Source: Ignavibacteriota bacterium (GTDB lineage: Bacteria; Bacteroidota; Ignavibacteria; UBA10030; UBA6906). Taken from it: a DNA stretch of 64,000 bases. Under the pieces are notes generated by a model, which saw only the letters and a list, made by a program, of their open reading frames with translations, ran no database searches and was not told the DNA's origin. Of this stretch, positions 28,273 to 37,838 are shown one piece after another. The position numbers and the translations under genes are program-made. The stretch spans positions 704,001 to 768,000 of the forward strand of contig CAWDEM010000004.1 of assembly GCA_963801355.1 (NCBI GenBank). The letters run 5' to 3'. Each line of letters begins with the position of its first letter. Position 1 is the stretch's first letter.

Positions 28273-28887
28273 CTATATGGTGTCCGTTCGCGCTGACCCG
28301 TCCACACCGCCATGCGTGTCAATCCTCCAGTATTTGCCTCCTCCGCCTTCGCGTGCCATGTACCGGTATTCCACAAGCGACCTGCGCAGACGCGCGGTAT
28401 CTTCGTTGAAGTTCGCCAGAATCTGATTCACACGCTTTTCGGTGTAGCGCACGCCGGGGGCGAAGGCTTTCAACACGTGGCGGACGAGCACAAGGTATTT
28501 CTTCTCCTGCGTTGGAAAGGCTCTGATGCGGCCGTCAGGTTCTGTGAACGTCGCGAGGACTTTCCGCTCATAGGCGTCCGGATTGTCGGCCTCGGATATC
28601 GACGGTTTCTCCGCCTGCTGCAACAGCGTCCGGGCCATGACCCGCAGCGCTTCAGTATTGAGCCGGTAGATGCTGTAGTAACTTTCCGCTTTCGCCGACA
28701 CCAGCCCGGCATCTGACAAACGGGAAAGATGGTGCGACACCGTGGAGACACCCACGTTCAGGACTTTGGCGATCTGTTCCACGGTCCGGGGGGATTGGGC
28801 GAGCAATCCCACAATCCTGAGACGCTGGGGTTCCCCGAGGACTTTGAAAAAGCGCACATACTGGTCGACATGTTCGGGTTGTGTCAT
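28273..28887 (-). CDS. ArsR-family HTH regulator fused to DUF2087
   Basis: FKVLGEPQRLRIVGLL, STVSHHLSRL; FPTQEKK...YTEKRVNQIL...DTARLRRSLVEY. Confidence 0.88.
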   Translation of the reverse strand: MTQPEHVDQYVRFFKVLGEPQRLRIVGLLAQSPRTVEQIAKVLNVGVSTVSHHLSRLSDAGLVSAKAESYYSIYRLNTEALRVMARTLLQQAEKPSISEADNPDAYERKVLATFTEPDGRIRAFPTQEKKYLVLVRHVLKAFAPGVRYTEKRVNQILANFNEDTARLRRSLVEYRYMAREGGGGKYWRIDTHGGVDGSARTDTI

Positions 28888-28896
28888 CTTTTTTCC

Positions 28897-28936
28897 CTAT
28901 AGAACTATTTCGATAAATATAGACATAGTTCTATAG
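28897..28936. promoter_or_regulatory. Perfect 12-bp inverted repeat, probable ArsR/DUF2087 autoregulatory operator
   Basis: CTATAGAACTAT-N16-ATAGTTCTATAG, about 10 nt upstream of the regulator start. Confidence 0.6.
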
Positions 28937-29044
28937 AAAGTCAAGTGCCGGCGAACAGGGTCTCTTCCCCATATCTCCGAGAAACATCGATTCGAACTCA
29001 AATGAATTTCGACTCGATTTTCCATATATTAAAATCATCGATAC

Positions 29045-29058
29045 AGTTAACGCTAACT
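29045..29058. promoter_or_regulatory. LacI-type operator-like palindrome upstream of the pectate lyase
   Basis: AGTTAACGCTAACT, CG-centred near-perfect palindrome just downstream of TATATT/TAAAAT. Confidence 0.4.
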
Positions 29059-29088
29059 TTGAGTGTGCTTTTTTACCTGAAAGTTTTG

Positions 29089-29214
29089 CCTGGACACTTT
29101 GCTATGCCTGGACTCTCTGTTATGCCTGCACACGCTGTTCTACCTGGACGCTCTGTTCTGCCTGCACACGCTGTTCTACCTGGACGCTCTGTTCTGCCTG
29201 CGCGCTCCGTTTTC
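29089..29214 (+). repeat. 18-bp tandem repeat x7 with a 36-bp higher-order unit
   Basis: CCTG(G/C)AC.C.CTGTTCT(A/G)-like units; 29125-29160 is identical to 29161-29196. Confidence 0.9.
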
Positions 29215-30750
29215 GCGTTGTGCCTCATTGCCGCGTGCGTTGTCCTCCCGTTGACTGAGGTTCACCCCGCGACCTACTATGTTGCGACGACCGGCAGTGA
29301 TACAAATCCCGGCACAATCGACCAGCCGTTCCTGACCCTCGCCAAGGCTGTGGGACTCTCCACCGTCGTCTTCAGCCCCGGTGACACAATTCTGGTCAGG
29401 GGAGGAGTGTACACACTCGCGGCGACGGTCACCATATCCAGGAGCGGCCTCACAAACGCGCGCTATCACCTCCTGGCGTATCCGGGAGAACGCCCGCTCC
29501 TGAATTGCTCCGGCCAGGCCACCAGCGGCACGAACAGGGGCATATATCATAAAGGGAACTACTGGTACATCCGGGGGCTGGATATCAAAGGGGCGGGTGA
29601 CAACGGGATGATTATCACGGGTTCGCACAATATCGTGGAACATTGCTCATTCTTTGAAAACCGCGACACGGGACTGCAACTCGGCGGAGGAGCGTCGGCC
29701 AATCAGATCATCAACTGCGATTCGTACAACAACGCCGATCCTTCCCAGGGGAATGCGGACGGCTTTGCGCCCAAACTTGATGTGGGTACCGGCAATTACT
29801 TCTTTGGATGCAGGGCGTGGCAGAATTCCGACGACGGCTGGGACGGCTACCTCCGCGGCGCCGACGACGTGACAACGACATTGGAGTCCTGCTGGTGCTT
29901 CTGCAACGGCTATCTCTGGGATGGCAGCGCAAGCATCGGCAATGGCAACGGTTACAAAACCGGCGGAAGCGACACGAAGGATTTGATGCATAACATGATA
30001 TTGAAGAAGTGCATCGCCTTCGACAATCGCGTGAAGGGATTCGACCAGAACAACAACCGCGGCTCCATCACCATCCTCAACGGCACAGCCTACAGGAATG
30101 GCACGAACTATGCCGTGGCCGACACGCTGGCCTACTCGCGCAGCAAGGCACTGTCAGTGATCAACTGCGTTGCGCTCGGGACGTACGGATCTCTGAACAC
30201 CAGGTCGCTGCAACAGACCAACAGCTGGCTTCCGCCGTTCGCCGAGGTGACTCCCGCGGACTTCATCAGCATTGACACTACGGGCGTCAGAGGGCCACGC
30301 AAAGCTGACGGGAGCCTCCCGGACATCACGTATCTGGTTCCCGCGCTCTCGAGTCAGCTCGTGGATGCAGGAACCGATGTTGGATTGTCCTTCAACGGCA
30401 GCGCGCCGGATCTCGGCGCGTTCGAGACAGAAGCCCCAGCGGGTCTGACATCGCGGATCGTTGCCGATGCCGGAGGCTTCTCGTTGCTGCCGACCTATCC
30501 CAATCCGTTCAACGCGGCGACGACCATCGCGTACATACTGCCCGGGCGGGCTGAGATCACGATAACGATCTTTGATCTGCGCGGCACACGCGTCCGGACA
30601 CTCCTCCGGGCAGTGCAGGATGCCGGTTTTCATACACTCAGATGGGATGCCACGAATGATGCCTCACGTCCTGTCGCCTCCGGCACATATATCGCGCAGA
30701 TACAGGCGGGAAAAGCAGTGCGGTCCGCCCGGTTGGTCCTCCTGAAGTAA
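29104..30750 (+). CDS. PL9-family pectate lyase (beta-helix) with FlgD-Ig/T9SS-like C-terminal domain
   Basis: YYVATTGSDTNPGT, GNADGFAPKL, AWQNSDDGWD, GNGNGYKTGG, APDLGAFE, YPNPFN; start uncertain. Confidence 0.88.
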   Translation: MPGLSVMPAHAVLPGRSVLPAHAVLPGRSVLPARSVFALCLIAACVVLPLTEVHPATYYVATTGSDTNPGTIDQPFLTLAKAVGLSTVVFSPGDTILVRGGVYTLAATVTISRSGLTNARYHLLAYPGERPLLNCSGQATSGTNRGIYHKGNYWYIRGLDIKGAGDNGMIITGSHNIVEHCSFFENRDTGLQLGGGASANQIINCDSYNNADPSQGNADGFAPKLDVGTGNYFFGCRAWQNSDDGWDGYLRGADDVTTTLESCWCFCNGYLWDGSASIGNGNGYKTGGSDTKDLMHNMILKKCIAFDNRVKGFDQNNNRGSITILNGTAYRNGTNYAVADTLAYSRSKALSVINCVALGTYGSLNTRSLQQTNSWLPPFAEVTPADFISIDTTGVRGPRKADGSLPDITYLVPALSSQLVDAGTDVGLSFNGSAPDLGAFETEAPAGLTSRIVADAGGFSLLPTYPNPFNAATTIAYILPGRAEITITIFDLRGTRVRTLLRAVQDAGFHTLRWDATNDASRPVASGTYIAQIQAGKAVRSARLVLLK

Positions 30751-30764
30751 CCCCCCAAGGTAAG

Positions 30765-32624
30765 CTACCTGATCAGCAGCATCTTGCGCTCCAGCGTTGA
30801 TGACCGGGTCATCATCCGGCAGATATACATTCCTGTCGCCAGGCCGTTGCCGTTGAACTGCACCGCATGCTGACCCTGCTCAACGACGCCATCCAGCAAG
30901 ACGGCCACCTGCTGGCCGAGGATCGTGACAACCTCCAGGTGCACCTGCTGCGATGTAGCGAGAGAGAATCGTATCGTTGTGGTGGGATTGAAGGGATTGG
31001 GGTAGTTCTGATGAAGTATCATTGCCGAGGGCTGTGCCACAGGCGGCGGAGCTACGGCGACGAACCGTGCCGCCCCCACGAGCGGGAGGTCCACATATGA
31101 CGGTTCAGCCGCCGAAGAGCTGACGCCGGATGTTGCACTGTTGAAATACGGAATGATTTGCGCCCGGTAGTCATCGTACATATCGAGAGCCGTGACTTCA
31201 ACGCCGATACGGTGCCCCGCCGGAAGCAGGTGCGAGAGAGCCTGACAATCGAACCCGCTTTCGAGGGAAGTCCCCGGGATGTTCTTACGCACGCCATTCG
31301 CCCCCCGCGTGATCAGCGACCATACAGAGCCGGTGTCTGTCTGTACGACATCAAATATGCGAAGGTGGGATTGGAATCGGGAGGCGTCGGAATGCAGGCG
31401 CAGAACGGTATGGGGGATGCCGGTCACCTCGAGCGTGTCAGCGAGGGGGTCTGAAAGGAAGCGGGCAGGTGAGGCGTGGAATGCGTTCGTAAAGGCCGTC
31501 CCGGAATAGGCATCAGCCCATCCCTCTGCCGGGGTATACGTGGAATCATAGGACTGGGTGAACGGTCTCTCTATGGCCTGTGAAGGATACGTTGTCTGCA
31601 GCCTTGTCCCTGCCAGGTACAATCGCACAGTTCCCTGAGGCTCAGGAGGCCAGCCGACGACCTCGTGATGCGGCCAGCCGGGCCTGTCATCTGCATAGAC
31701 AATGAACGGGACATCCGAGCGGTCCAGGGGCACCCCTTTCAACCAGCGGTCAAACCACGACGTCATCAAACCCAGCTCGTAGAAGTACTCACCGAGATGG
31801 ACCGGCTCCCCGTGCCCGTTTGTGCCGAAGTAGGACCAGACGGGAATGCCCCGTTGCGTGAGCCTGTTGACCGCGCGGATAGCGCCGTTGACCGGAAAGA
31901 GCACATCCCCCCATCCCGTGCTGTGCACAACCGGAATGCGCACGCTGTCAAGCAGATATTCAAGGTCACGTGAGGCGGCAAAGGCGAGCGCGCTGTCGTA
32001 CTGGTCCTTCACAACAAACTCGCGCAGGCGATCCCTGAGCGGATCGTACCGGACTGCCCCGAGGTTGAGTTCAAAATGGAGTTGCTGTTTGATACAATTG
32101 TGCGGAAAGAGATCCAGGGAAAACGACGGCGGGCCGACGAGTGAGGCGATGACCTTGACCCCGGGCATGGCGTGGGTTGCGGCGATCCAGGCATGGATTC
32201 CCCCCTGCGACCCCCCTGCGACCGCAAGGCGTTCGGGATCGACACCGGGCATGGTGCGGAGATGCTGGATGACCTCGAGGAGATCCTGAGTTTCCCGTGG
32301 ACCCATAGTTGTTGAGAGTCCACCCGAATTTCCCTGACCACGCACACTGTATGTGAGGCATCCATACGCGAGCGTCGTAAGGTACGTGCTGACGAAAGAC
32401 ATCCCGTCCTTGTCTCCGCCGTATCCGTGAATAAGCACAACAGTCGGAAAGCCCGAAGCCGGAGCGCCGCTGTCCGGAAGCGCCAGAGTTGCTTCGAGGC
32501 TCACTCCGTCACTTGCAGTGATGGTGAAGTTTTGTATCACCTGGGCCGAAACAGCAGCAGTAAGAAGCATCAGGGAAATCATCAGTCCGAGGCAGCAAAC
32601 GAGCCGGCGTGGGTCTGGTTGCAT
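30765..32624 (-). CDS. CocE/NonD (peptidase S15) alpha/beta hydrolase with T9SS sorting domain
   Basis: HGYGG, VRGQGNSGG, GGSQGG nucleophile elbow, PepX_C-like domain, QNYPNPFNPTT. Confidence 0.88.
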   Translation of the reverse strand: MQPDPRRLVCCLGLMISLMLLTAAVSAQVIQNFTITASDGVSLEATLALPDSGAPASGFPTVVLIHGYGGDKDGMSFVSTYLTTLAYGCLTYSVRGQGNSGGLSTTMGPRETQDLLEVIQHLRTMPGVDPERLAVAGGSQGGIHAWIAATHAMPGVKVIASLVGPPSFSLDLFPHNCIKQQLHFELNLGAVRYDPLRDRLREFVVKDQYDSALAFAASRDLEYLLDSVRIPVVHSTGWGDVLFPVNGAIRAVNRLTQRGIPVWSYFGTNGHGEPVHLGEYFYELGLMTSWFDRWLKGVPLDRSDVPFIVYADDRPGWPHHEVVGWPPEPQGTVRLYLAGTRLQTTYPSQAIERPFTQSYDSTYTPAEGWADAYSGTAFTNAFHASPARFLSDPLADTLEVTGIPHTVLRLHSDASRFQSHLRIFDVVQTDTGSVWSLITRGANGVRKNIPGTSLESGFDCQALSHLLPAGHRIGVEVTALDMYDDYRAQIIPYFNSATSGVSSSAAEPSYVDLPLVGAARFVAVAPPPVAQPSAMILHQNYPNPFNPTTTIRFSLATSQQVHLEVVTILGQQVAVLLDGVVEQGQHAVQFNGNGLATGMYICRMMTRSSTLERKMLLIR

Positions 32625-32793
32625 GTTCTTCGAGAGTACGTGTATGGCAGAAGGGGTGCAGTGAACTGATCCTAATGTACGATGCCGGACATCGAGGTGC
32701 AAGCTGTCTCCTTGCTCCTTACCGGAGCCCTGCGTATCTTTCACCCGGATATCCTCCGCGCGAAGCACACCGGAAAGAAGGAGCACTTCATTG

Positions 32794-33936
32794 ATGTCCG
32801 AGCCCATGACGCAGATTGCCGCACGCGGCGCGATTCCATCGCTCGACCGCGTGGATTTCCTCACGGTGAAACTCCCCTTCGTGCATCCGTTCGGGACCAG
32901 TGTTCAGACCTGGACCCATAAAGAAGTGCTTTTGCTCCGGCTGGAAAGCGCCGGATGCGTCTCCTGGGGGGAGTGTGTCGCTGATCCCGATCCCTTCTAT
33001 CTTCCCGAGACGACGGCCACCGTCCGTCACATCATCAAAGACTTCCTCCTGCCGCTTGTCGCACCCGGAGCCACGATAGGCGGCATGATGGAGGCGTTTC
33101 GTCATGTGCGTGGCCACGAAATGGCCAAGGCAACGGTGGAGAATGCCCTGCTGACCCTCCTCGCGCTCCAGGGTGCAGTTCCGCTGCACACGTTGCTTGG
33201 CTTTCCGGCAAAGAAGATCATGTCGGGTATCAGCATCGGCCTGCGGGATACGCAATCCGAACTCCTGGAGGCGGTCAGCGCCGCCGTGGCAAAGAAATAC
33301 CACCGCGTCAAGATGAAGATCACAAAGGGTCGGGATGTCGAATGGGTACGGGCGGTGCGCGAGCGATTCCCCGACCTGAGTCTCATGGTGGATGCAAACG
33401 GCGATTATACGCCCGCGGACGCCGACCATTTGCGGAAACTGGATGCATTCGGGCTGACGATGATCGAGCAACCGCTCTCCTACAGTGACATCTACCAGCA
33501 CTCCCTTCTGCAGCGACAGCTGGCCACGCCGATCTGTCTGGATGAGTGCCTGCACTCGATCGAGGATGTTGTCACGGCGATCACGCTCGGTGCATGCCGG
33601 GTTGTCAACATCAAACAGGGCAGAGTGGGCGGACTGCTGGAGTCTCTCCGGATAACCCGCTACGCGCGGGAGCATGGCATCGACGCCTGGTCAGGGGGGA
33701 TGGATGAAACGGGGATCGGCCGTGCGGTAAATATCCACCTCCAGACGGCTGAAGGATTCTCGTTGCCGGGAGATACCTCCGAAACCTCCAACTACTTCAC
33801 GGAGGACATTGCCGACCCTCCCGTCGTTCTGGATCGCGACGGTTTCATTGATATCCCCCCAGGGCCCGGGCTGGGGATCACTGTCGATACAGACCGCCTT
33901 ATGAAATACATGATTCAGTATGAACGGGTGAGATAA
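32794..33936 (+). CDS. menC: NSAR/OSBS-family enolase-superfamily protein (o-succinylbenzoate synthase/N-acylamino acid racemase)
   Basis: VKMKI, VDANG, IEQPL, CLDE, NIKQGRVGG, GGMDETGIGRA, LPGD. Confidence 0.85.
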   Translation: MSEPMTQIAARGAIPSLDRVDFLTVKLPFVHPFGTSVQTWTHKEVLLLRLESAGCVSWGECVADPDPFYLPETTATVRHIIKDFLLPLVAPGATIGGMMEAFRHVRGHEMAKATVENALLTLLALQGAVPLHTLLGFPAKKIMSGISIGLRDTQSELLEAVSAAVAKKYHRVKMKITKGRDVEWVRAVRERFPDLSLMVDANGDYTPADADHLRKLDAFGLTMIEQPLSYSDIYQHSLLQRQLATPICLDECLHSIEDVVTAITLGACRVVNIKQGRVGGLLESLRITRYAREHGIDAWSGGMDETGIGRAVNIHLQTAEGFSLPGDTSETSNYFTEDIADPPVVLDRDGFIDIPPGPGLGITVDTDRLMKYMIQYERVR

Positions 33937-33938
33937 AC

Positions 33939-34157
33939 ATGGAGGACACGCGCATGCAGGTGGAAGAGATCAAAACCGCGATCAAAGACCTCACTGTCGA
34001 AGATCGGAGAAAAGTCGCCCTGTATATCCTTGAACTCGAGAAGGAACATTTCAAGGGAACCGTCGGTCCGCAAATTGCGGAAGATCTGGAGAGCGTCTCG
34101 AAAGTCATTCAGGACGCGGCGGAGAAGATCAAACAACATCTGCGGGACAGGAAGTAA
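33939..34157 (+). CDS. Small helical hypothetical protein
   Basis: 72 aa filling the gap with 2-nt spacers on both sides; possible start at 33954 after GGAGG. Confidence 0.7.
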   Translation: MEDTRMQVEEIKTAIKDLTVEDRRKVALYILELEKEHFKGTVGPQIAEDLESVSKVIQDAAEKIKQHLRDRK

Positions 34158-34159
34158 CT

Positions 34160-36058
34160 GTGATCGCGCTCCCGGCACAGCGGCGCTGGCTGATGGACAT
34201 CGCCAGGGAAGCCGGTGACCGTTACTTCAACCCCTCAACCGGCCGCTGCATCATCACCAGGGATACCTACTGGTACGCCATTGCGTTGCTTTTTGATCAT
34301 GATGCGGAACGACGGCGATTCGGTGGCCGTTTGATTGCAACGCTGGAACCGGAAGATGCAACCCATACCCCCGCAACATTGCTGTCGATTCTGCACCAGA
34401 TTCCGGATATGATTGACGCCGCTACGACAGCACGGCTGGATCAGGCGATATGCGGTGCATTGGGTGAGTCAGCGTTGTGTGAGTTGCACGACGGGAACGT
34501 CAACCATCCGCTGGCGGCATATGCCACATTGATCCTCGGAGGAGAGCGGTGTGGAGCGGCATGGGCGACGGAAATGGGGACGGCCCGTCTGCAGGCATTT
34601 CGTCAGCGCATCGGTGATCACTTCGGCACCCGGCGCCGGCAGTCGGAAATGTCGGAATACAACAGTCTCACGTATACCGCCCTCGACCTCTGGTTTCTGG
34701 CCCTCATTGCAGAGCACGCCCGGTCTGAGGAGCCGCGGCACCTGGCCCTGTTCCTGGAGCAACGCCTCTGGATCGATGTGGCGATGCATTTTCATTTTCC
34801 GAGCGGTCAATTCGCGGGCCCTCACTCGCGCTCGTACGCGGATGACTCGATGGGAGGATGTTCGGCGCTGCATTTCACGATGCTTGCCGCGTTCGGCGAT
34901 CCCCTCTGCATTGAGCCGGCTCTGTGTCATCGCTACAACCATCCGTCGACCCTTGTGCAGAATGCCCTGGTGGCGATACTGCCTTTTCATGTGCCGGACC
35001 TGGCGCGCACGATCGCCCTGCAGAAACCCTTTCCGTATGAATTTCGCAAGACCACGTACGGAGAAAGTTATCACGAGAACAGCAGGCGCGCGACAGGCAA
35101 CGCCGGCACGGAAGCATCGTCGTTTGCATTCGATGAGGAAGTCTACCCCGGCGGGTGGAGCGATCTCACAACGTACATGACCACCGAGTATGCGCTCGGT
35201 TCCGCTTCCATGCCCTATGTCAATGCAGGCCATGCCGACAGCGTGATGCTGCGCATACGGCGGAACGACGGGATCCGGGGGCTTGCGGATTTTCGGTCGG
35301 CGTACACGCGGGGTGTCTTCAATGGCAGCCGCGCCGGCCAGGTGAATCACTGTCATGTGGCGAAAACCACTATCGACGAAAGCTATCTGTACGAAGAGGG
35401 GCGATGTGCGACCTATCAGCATAAGAACACCCTCATCGCATGCTACACGCCGAAACGCGCAGGTCATCTTGGAGTAACAGAATTCCGGCTGGATTTCCTG
35501 TTCACGCATCACGCGCCGTTTGACGCACTTCTGGTGGACGGGGCCCCGATCCCCGGTTTGCCTTTTACCTGTGCAAGCTCGGCCAGAATTTGTTTTCGCG
35601 ACTACCGTACCTTCGGGATGATACTCCCGCTCCAGCCGCTTCCCGCATCATCCGCCACGCCCGTAACATTCTGGCGATGCGGCGACTATCTTGTGATTTC
35701 GATGAGCAATTATGACGGCCCTGCCATCGATTGTTCCCGTGAGGCCATCAATCGCTGGTGGACAGGATTTGTGCTGGTCCTCGCCACCTCCACCGAGATG
35801 ACATGGGAGGGATTTCTGCGGAACGCCGGACAGGCAACTCTCGATCAGCATGGGCATGATGCCACGCTGCGCACGGTGCGGTTTGCATCGGGCAACGACT
35901 CCATGGAATTCACCTATGACCCCTTCAAGGAGGTGGTCGTGTCGCGCCGATGGAATGGGACGCCCGATTGCGAAGAGCACTTTAGCGTGAATGCGGGTGG
36001 CGCCGCAACGGGACCGTTCTGCCCGCCGATGCTCTTCGGCCACGAGGTGATGCCGTGA
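34160..36058 (+). CDS. Hypothetical protein, possible (alpha/alpha)-toroid glycan enzyme
   Basis: 632 aa; NVNHPL, SEYNSLTY and AGPHSRSY motifs reminiscent of heparinase II/III-like proteins; no signal peptide. Confidence 0.5.
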   Translation: MIALPAQRRWLMDIAREAGDRYFNPSTGRCIITRDTYWYAIALLFDHDAERRRFGGRLIATLEPEDATHTPATLLSILHQIPDMIDAATTARLDQAICGALGESALCELHDGNVNHPLAAYATLILGGERCGAAWATEMGTARLQAFRQRIGDHFGTRRRQSEMSEYNSLTYTALDLWFLALIAEHARSEEPRHLALFLEQRLWIDVAMHFHFPSGQFAGPHSRSYADDSMGGCSALHFTMLAAFGDPLCIEPALCHRYNHPSTLVQNALVAILPFHVPDLARTIALQKPFPYEFRKTTYGESYHENSRRATGNAGTEASSFAFDEEVYPGGWSDLTTYMTTEYALGSASMPYVNAGHADSVMLRIRRNDGIRGLADFRSAYTRGVFNGSRAGQVNHCHVAKTTIDESYLYEEGRCATYQHKNTLIACYTPKRAGHLGVTEFRLDFLFTHHAPFDALLVDGAPIPGLPFTCASSARICFRDYRTFGMILPLQPLPASSATPVTFWRCGDYLVISMSNYDGPAIDCSREAINRWWTGFVLVLATSTEMTWEGFLRNAGQATLDQHGHDATLRTVRFASGNDSMEFTYDPFKEVVVSRRWNGTPDCEEHFSVNAGGAATGPFCPPMLFGHEVMP

Positions 36059-36969
36059 AATGGTCGCGTGCAAGGAGGGAACAGGTGACCGGAGTCGCCT
36101 TCATTGCCCCCTGGCTTGTCGGCTTCCTGGTTTTCACCCTCGGCCCAATGGTCGTCTCTTTCGGGGCGAGTTTCACTTCGTGGACAATGCTTTCACCGCC
36201 GGCCTGGATCGGACTGGAGAACTACGAGCGCATGTTCGGCGACGATCCCCTGTTCGCACAATCCCTCTTCAATACGGCCTACTACGTCCTCCTCGCGGTC
36301 CCGCTGGCGACAGTGCTTGCCCTCGGCCTGGCACTTTTGCTGAACCAGCATCTTCCCGGCATCGGGGTTTTCCGGACAATCTTCTTCCTCCCGTCGATTA
36401 CAAATCTTGTCGCGGTGTCGATCCTCTGGATCTGGGTGTTCAACCCCGAGTTCGGACTCTTGAACAGCGCGCTGCGCGTGGTAGGCGTGGCAGGACCACT
36501 CTGGCTGCAGAATGACAACTGGGCCAAACCGGCGTTGATTGTGATGTCCCTGTGGGGCATCGGGGGATCGATGATCATATTTCTGGCGGCCCTGCAGGGG
36601 GTCCCGCACGAACTGTACGAGGCCGCTGCACTCGACGGTGCCGGCCCCGTCAGGCGATTTCGCTCCATCACGATGCCGATGATCTCCCCTGCAGTGTTCT
36701 TCAGCCTGGTCATTGGCCTCATCGGAGGGCTCCAGGTCTTCACGCAGGCGTTCGTCATGACCGGGACTGCACAGCCCGGCTCCGAGGGCGGACCGAACAA
36801 TGCAACACTCTTCGTCGTTCTCTACCTGTACAAGAAAGCGTTTCAGGAATTCAAGATGGGGTATGCTTCTGCGCTCGCGTGGGTTCTCTTCTGCCTCATC
36901 CTGATCGTTACGCTCGTTCAGAAAAGGCTCTCGCAGAAATGGGTATACTATGAAGCCGGAGAACGGTAA
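36055..36969 (+). CDS. Carbohydrate ABC transporter permease (MalF/UgpA type)
   Basis: FIAPWLVGF, IGLENY, LYEAAALDGAG (EAA loop), MGYASALAW. Confidence 0.95.
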   Translation: MKWSRARREQVTGVAFIAPWLVGFLVFTLGPMVVSFGASFTSWTMLSPPAWIGLENYERMFGDDPLFAQSLFNTAYYVLLAVPLATVLALGLALLLNQHLPGIGVFRTIFFLPSITNLVAVSILWIWVFNPEFGLLNSALRVVGVAGPLWLQNDNWAKPALIVMSLWGIGGSMIIFLAALQGVPHELYEAAALDGAGPVRRFRSITMPMISPAVFFSLVIGLIGGLQVFTQAFVMTGTAQPGSEGGPNNATLFVVLYLYKKAFQEFKMGYASALAWVLFCLILIVTLVQKRLSQKWVYYEAGER

Positions 36970-36971
36970 CC

Positions 36972-37838
36972 ATGGAGCACTCGCGCCTCAAGAAACCGTA
37001 CTGGCAAACGGTCGCCTGGTGCTCCGGCGCATACCTCTGCCTGCTGGTGATGAGTGCACTTTTTGTTGCGCCATTTGCATGGATGTTCTCCGTATCGCTG
37101 CACGACCTGCCCGGAGTCTTCGCCCAGCCGTTCCGGTGGATTCCAGAACGCGCCATGTGGCGGAATTATGGAGACGTGACGTCGCTCCTTCCGTTCTGGC
37201 GCTACACTGCCAACACGGCATTGATTACCGCCCTCACCGTGACAGGCACGTTGCTTTCATGCTCACTTGTCGCCTTCGGTTTCTCGAGGTTGCGCTTCAA
37301 GGGGCGGGAAACACTCTTTTCCGTCTGCCTCGCCACGATGATGCTTCCCGGCCAGGTGACAATGATTCCGCTGTATATGTTCTTCTCCTCCATAGGGTGG
37401 GTTGACACGTATCTGCCGTTGATTGTTCCTGCATTCTTCGGTTCACCATTCTCGATCTTCCTCCTGCGCCAGTTCTTTCTGACGATCCCGAAGGAATACG
37501 ATGAAGCCGCGATGCTCGACGGCGCCTCCTGGTTGAGAATCTACTGGAGTATAGTCCTTCCCCTGGCCCGGCCGGCACTTGCCACGGTCGCCCTCTTTAC
37601 GTTCATCGGCACCTGGAACGACTTCTTTGGGCCGCTGATCTACCTGAACTCACCGGAGCTGGCCACATTGACCCTGGGGCTGAACATGCTCAAGTCACAG
37701 ATTGTGGGAACCGGCACAACGCAGTGGCACCTCCTCATGGCCGGCGCAGTTCTCATTATGCTGCCGAACATCATTGCTTTTGCGCTCGCCCAGAAACATT
37801 TCATCAAAGGAATTGCCATGGGAGGATTGCGGGGATGA
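36972..37838 (+). CDS. Carbohydrate ABC transporter permease (MalG/UgpE type)
   Basis: FLLRQFFLTIPKEYDEAAMLDGAS, WNDFFGPLIYL, AQKHFIKGI. Confidence 0.95.
   Translation: MEHSRLKKPYWQTVAWCSGAYLCLLVMSALFVAPFAWMFSVSLHDLPGVFAQPFRWIPERAMWRNYGDVTSLLPFWRYTANTALITALTVTGTLLSCSLVAFGFSRLRFKGRETLFSVCLATMMLPGQVTMIPLYMFFSSIGWVDTYLPLIVPAFFGSPFSIFLLRQFFLTIPKEYDEAAMLDGASWLRIYWSIVLPLARPALATVALFTFIGTWNDFFGPLIYLNSPELATLTLGLNMLKSQIVGTGTTQWHLLMAGAVLIMLPNIIAFALAQKHFIKGIAMGGLRG

Noticed and set aside
29089-29214. Possible CRISPR array
   Set aside because: Units are contiguous with no unique spacers, and no cas genes are present
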